From assembly GCA_024275415.1 (NCBI GenBank), contig JAJRZD010000067.1:1-18609 (forward strand): a stretch of 18,609 nucleotides of DNA, given 5' to 3'. Position 1 is the stretch's first letter. Each line of letters begins with the position of its first letter. The translations under genes and the position numbers were made by a program. The stretch comes from an archaeon (GTDB lineage: Archaea; Asgardarchaeota; Thorarchaeia; Thorarchaeales; Thorarchaeaceae). The notes beneath the pieces are model-generated. The model worked only from the letters and a program-made list of their open reading frames with translations, ran no database searches and was not told the DNA's origin. Shown in pieces: positions 15,388 to 18,609 of this stretch.

Positions 15388-15418
15388 GTTAAGAAAATGT
15401 CGCAGCATCATACTTAAG
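15388..15418. promoter_or_regulatory. Divergent promoter region between the flavin reductase and the SerA-like gene
   Basis: Minus-strand TTTTCTTAAC (15397-15388) ends 25 nt before ATG 15363, consistent with a leaderless mRNA; plus-strand CTTAAG (15413-15418) lies about 48 nt before ATG 15466. Confidence 0.4.
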
Positions 15419-15465
15419 TTAGAGCAACATCGGCGAAGGACTATCAACTTCAGAGGGTTGTCATA

Positions 15466-16377
15466 ATGGTACGTGTGCTTATCGCAGATCCTATTGCAGA
15501 ATCGGCTATCCGAAAGATGAAAGATGCTGGACTGGACATTGTCCTTCGAGATGCTAGTTCAGACGGCCCCATCAAAGACCAGATAAAGGGCTTCGACGGT
15601 GTTGTTGTACGGAGCGCTACAAAAATCACTCGTGAGGTCATCGAGTCCTCAGATACTCTCAAGGTCATAGTCCGTGCAGGAGTCGGATTGGACAATGTCG
15701 ACCAAGAGGCAGCGAAGGAGAAAGGCATCACTGTGATGAACACTCCCGAGGCGCCCACTGTCAGCGTGGCCGAGATGGTACTTTCCTTGATGTTTGCCCT
15801 GTCTCGGAACATCACTCGCGCTGACAGCTCCATGAAGGACGAACGCTGGGAGAAGAAGAAACTTGCTGGAACCGAACTCTGGCAGAAGACACTGGGCATC
15901 ATCGGGTTCGGCAGGATTGGCCAAGAAGTCGCCAAGAGAGCCAAGGCACTTGAGATGAATGTTCTTGCTTATGACGTTGTCGACATCACTGAAGCCTGCC
16001 GCACATACGGTACACAGAAGGCATCTATTGATGACATCATTTCAAAGTCCGATTACATCTCGCTTCATGTACCGCTCCTTCCCCAGACGAAAGGGATGAT
16101 TGGGTCGGCCGAATTCGAGAAGATGAAGCCTACTGCATTTTTGATAAACACATCCCGTGGTGGTGTCGTGGATGAGGCAGCGTTGGTCGAGGCACTTGAC
16201 TCTGGCAAGATTGCAGGTGCCGCGCTTGACGTGTTCGAAACCGAACCCCCTACCGATTGGAGTCTAATCAAGCATCCAAAACTGATAGCTACACCCCACA
16301 TCGCCTCGTCCACTACAGAGGCACAGGCCCGTGTAGGTGATTTGACCGCATCCAAACTTATCGAGGCTCTCAAATAA
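15466..16377 (+). CDS. serA: D-3-phosphoglycerate dehydrogenase-like D-2-hydroxyacid dehydrogenase without ACT domain
   Basis: VRSATK, RAGVGLDNVD, GIIGFGRIG, INTSRGGVVDE, DVFETEP, TPHIASSTTEAQ; 303 aa. Substrate specificity cannot be determined from the sequence alone. Confidence 0.8.
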   Translation: MVRVLIADPIAESAIRKMKDAGLDIVLRDASSDGPIKDQIKGFDGVVVRSATKITREVIESSDTLKVIVRAGVGLDNVDQEAAKEKGITVMNTPEAPTVSVAEMVLSLMFALSRNITRADSSMKDERWEKKKLAGTELWQKTLGIIGFGRIGQEVAKRAKALEMNVLAYDVVDITEACRTYGTQKASIDDIISKSDYISLHVPLLPQTKGMIGSAEFEKMKPTAFLINTSRGGVVDEAALVEALDSGKIAGAALDVFETEPPTDWSLIKHPKLIATPHIASSTTEAQARVGDLTASKLIEALK

Positions 16378-16405
16378 CGCCTTGAATTCATGCCAATCGT
16401 TACAC

Positions 16406-16413
16406 CTTTAAGG
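16406..16413 (+). promoter_or_regulatory. Putative TATA box of the rpl15e operon
   Basis: CTTTAAGG; implied TSS near 16434-16438, coinciding with the start of the first leader hairpin. Confidence 0.45.
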
Positions 16414-16434
16414 TAATCCGTCTGGTTGCACCGT

Positions 16435-16558
16435 GGCTTGGACACGCTCCAAGCCCGACCATTTCCTTTGTTATGGCGGATACGTCCGCAGGGATGTGGC
16501 CTTCTGGGCTGAACCACAAACAAAGCGAATACATTACAGCAAAGGATGGAATATTCAA
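16435..16558 (+). ncRNA. Candidate structured 5' leader of rpl15e
   Basis: 8-bp hairpin 16435-16455; GCGGA-UACG-UCCGC hairpin 16476-16489; GTGG/CCAC stem 16496-16517; closing helix 16459-16470 / 16540-16549. Confidence 0.5.
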
Positions 16559-17140
16559 ATGTCCGCTTACAAGCATATGAACGAACAGTGGATTAAGGAA
16601 CAACGTGAACGCTCCGATATTGTGCGAAGCAGACTCATCGTCTGGAGAAAGCAAGGCACGATCGTACGTCTCGAACGCCCAACACGTCTGGGTAGAGCAC
16701 GCGCTCTCGGCTATAAGGCAAAACAAGGCTATGTCCTAGTCAGAGTCAAGACCGGACGCGGCCCAAGAGAACGCCCACGACCTCGTATGGGGAGGAAACC
16801 ACGCAGCATGGGCGTGAGCAAATATACGCCTGCAAAATCGAGGCGATGGATTGCCGAAGAGCGTGTTGGGAAGAAGTTCCCGAACCTTCGGGTCCTCAAT
16901 TCTTACTGGGTCGGGAGTGACCACCGCAATGTCTGGTACGAGGTGATCCTTGTGGATCCCAATCACCCAGTGATATACAACGACCCCGAGATCAACTGGA
17001 TATGCGACCCGAGTCATAAGGGCAGAGAGAGCAGAGGTCTCACATCGGCTGGGAAGAGGAGCAGAGGTCTCAGGAAGAAGGGTCGTGGAGCTGAAAAGAT
17101 ACGCCCCAGTCTTGCAGCGAAAGGCAATCTTGGAAAATGA
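16559..17140 (+). CDS. rpl15e: 50S ribosomal protein L15e
   Basis: MSAYKHM..W, RLERPTRLGRARALGYKAKQG, LRVLNSYWVG, WYEVILVDP, RGLTSAGKRSRGL; start ATG 16559 rather than the ORF-track start. Confidence 0.98.
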   Translation: MSAYKHMNEQWIKEQRERSDIVRSRLIVWRKQGTIVRLERPTRLGRARALGYKAKQGYVLVRVKTGRGPRERPRPRMGRKPRSMGVSKYTPAKSRRWIAEERVGKKFPNLRVLNSYWVGSDHRNVWYEVILVDPNHPVIYNDPEINWICDPSHKGRESRGLTSAGKRSRGLRKKGRGAEKIRPSLAAKGNLGK

Positions 17141-17146
17141 GCAGAC

Positions 17147-17629
17147 ATGTCTGATTCATCAGGAGAGCCCCGCATCGATCGATTCCAAGCCCGAGCATTC
17201 TCCCGGGTCACTGAGATTTCAGAGAGAGTACAGAAGGCGCTCCTCAATCTTTACCCTGAGAATGTCCACAAGCATGTAGTGATACGTGAGAATGTGACTG
17301 AGGGGCACTATGGAACCCCAATTCGCATATTAACGGCTGTCGCTACCAAAGAGTATGCCGAGCAGTCCGTTCGCTTTCTTTTTTCAAGCTTGTCTGAAAA
17401 GGATGCCAAGTTGCTTTTGCGAACCTTTGATAGACGCATAGATGAGGACTGCACTTTCTTTCTGAGAATTGATAAGCAAGCAGCATACCTTGGACATATA
17501 TCCCTAGCAAGAGTACCTGATGTGATCAGCTGTGAAATCAGCATCAGGAAGATTCCTCGGTGCTTGCCGGAGGATGCGAGATCCCTGATAGCAACCTATG
17601 TTTCGCTTGCAGGAGACCGCTCAGAATGA
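17147..17629 (+). CDS. DUF54 / COG1325-type RNA-binding protein
   Basis: VTE..ERV.KAL, EGHYGTPI, FFLRIDKQAAYLG; found in the conserved rpl15e-RNase P protein neighbourhood. Confidence 0.85.
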   Translation: MSDSSGEPRIDRFQARAFSRVTEISERVQKALLNLYPENVHKHVVIRENVTEGHYGTPIRILTAVATKEYAEQSVRFLFSSLSEKDAKLLLRTFDRRIDEDCTFFLRIDKQAAYLGHISLARVPDVISCEISIRKIPRCLPEDARSLIATYVSLAGDRSE

Positions 17630-18306
17630 GATATGCCGACTTGAATATCGTTCTCGGGCCAAAATCCCCCGTGAACAGACTGGTGGACATGGGAACACAA
17701 CTCGGATATTCGGTACTGGGGATTCTTGGAAACTATCCTATCTCCTCAGACTCTTCAGATACAGTAACGCTCTGTCCCCGAGCAGAAGCGACTTCCAAAA
17801 GACTGTCTTCCTTGAGGAAGGAGGTCGGGAGAATTCGACACAAGTTCCTAGTGGTTGCATTCCCGCTAGGTGGGATTGAAACGACTAACTGGGCTGCAGA
17901 GGAAGGACTGGTCGATCTGCTGACTGTGAATCCCAGGACGAATCCAAAGTTGCGGAAGACCACCGCACGGCTGGCTGCGGGTAGTGGCACTGCATTGGAA
18001 ATACCGATACTGCCCCTTCTCAGGACAACAGGGCTTGTCCGTTCCAAGATTATCAAGACGTTCTCTGAAACCATCCGAACCGCTAAGCAATCTGGTATGA
18101 AAGTCATCCTCAGTAGTGGTGCTTTCCATCCGCTGCAAATTAGGTCTCCCCGAGCATTGCAACATATTGGGATGCTTCTTGGACTCGAACGATCCGAAGC
18201 AAAAGCAGCGGTTTCAGACATCCCTATTGGTATCATAGAACACAACATCAGGCGGATGAGTGACAACTATATCCTCCCAGGGGTAGAGATAGTAGGTGAT
18301 CCCTGA
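17626..18306 (+). CDS. rnp3: Ribonuclease P protein component 3 (Rpp30)
   Basis: YADL start, AAEEGLVDLL, ARLAAGSGTALEI, VILSSGA....IRSPRAL...G.LLGL; ATGA overlap with the upstream gene. Confidence 0.9.
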   Translation: MRYADLNIVLGPKSPVNRLVDMGTQLGYSVLGILGNYPISSDSSDTVTLCPRAEATSKRLSSLRKEVGRIRHKFLVVAFPLGGIETTNWAAEEGLVDLLTVNPRTNPKLRKTTARLAAGSGTALEIPILPLLRTTGLVRSKIIKTFSETIRTAKQSGMKVILSSGAFHPLQIRSPRALQHIGMLLGLERSEAKAAVSDIPIGIIEHNIRRMSDNYILPGVEIVGDP

Positions 18307-18609
18307 TGAAACAAAATCGGCGGCGATACGTTTGTTTCCGATTGCATCAGGAAGGATCACCAATTGATGGCAATGACCTGAGCAATGCGATTTGGAAAAA
18401 CATGCTTTCTCTCTTTGGAGAGATAATGGTTGCCGAGGCACGGTTCTATCTTAACGAGTATGACCCAGACACAGGATATGGGTTCTTTCAATGCAATGCG
18501 TCACGACTTGACGAAATAGTGGCGGCAGCAGCACTTATCGAGTCCATAGATGATACGAAGGTTTCCTTCCACCCGCTCAAGACATCAGGTACGATCAGAG
18601 CGTTGCTCA
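18306..18609 (+). CDS. rnp2: Ribonuclease P protein component 2 (Pop5/Rpp14), 3'-truncated by the window edge
   Basis: Not in the ORF track; manual translation MKQNRRRYVCFRL...IWKNMLSLFGE...GFFQCNA...LKTSGTIRALL; TGATG overlap with rnp3. Confidence 0.9.
   Translation, partial: MKQNRRRYVCFRLHQEGSPIDGNDLSNAIWKNMLSLFGEIMVAEARFYLNEYDPDTGYGFFQCNASRLDEIVAAAALIESIDDTKVSFHPLKTSGTIRALL

Noticed and set aside
13208-15944. Long antisense ORFs over the acd and serA genes (e.g. 13746-14261, 15450-15944) and similar ones elsewhere
   Set aside because: Shadow frames of well-supported genes with no recognisable motifs.
14316-16558. RNase P RNA or SRP RNA in either intergenic gap, prompted by the nearby RNase P protein genes
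   Set aside because: No GAGGAAAGUCC/P4 halves and no SRP helix-8 motif; the closest match, GGAGGAAAACC on the minus strand near 14790, lacks the conserved UC and a partner strand.
16433-16558. 42-aa N-terminal extension of eL15 from the ORF track
   Set aside because: eL15 homology starts at MSAYK (16559); the upstream segment is better explained as a structured leader.
1-18609. tRNA, rRNA, CRISPR array, transposase or integrase
   Set aside because: No cloverleaf or T-loop outside CDSs, no regularly spaced repeats and no DDE, tyrosine or serine recombinase motifs seen by eye.

Overview
Gene-dense archaeal chromosomal window with about 22 CDS, all but one on the + strand; gene content and protein features suggest an Asgard-like (possibly Thorarchaeia) lineage, which is inference only. 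Five blocks: (1) csl4-rpoL-RNase III-like-tfs; (2) replication block: RPA14-like OB protein-PCNA-priS-gins15 plus two orphan small ORFs; (3) hdrC-hdrB-short hdrA-hdrA::mvhD followed by a coupled 753-aa protein with two duplicated winged-helix modules and a C-terminal 2x[4Fe-4S] ferredoxin, with no hydrogenase, Fdh, Flx or Apr partner in the window; (4) MCAD-like acyl-CoA dehydrogenase, a 511-bp convergent gap holding a nested inverted-repeat element, a flavin reductase and a SerA-like dehydrogenase; (5) rpl15e with a structured leader, a DUF54 RNA-binding protein, Rpp30 and a partial Pop5. Best leads: the Hdr-linked wHTH2-FeS protein and its asymmetric QmoAB-like HdrA pair, PriS with two extra Cys4 ribbons, the structured element at 14564-14761 and the eL15 leader. 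No tRNA, rRNA, CRISPR array or intact mobile element was seen. All family assignments come from motif recognition, not database searches.
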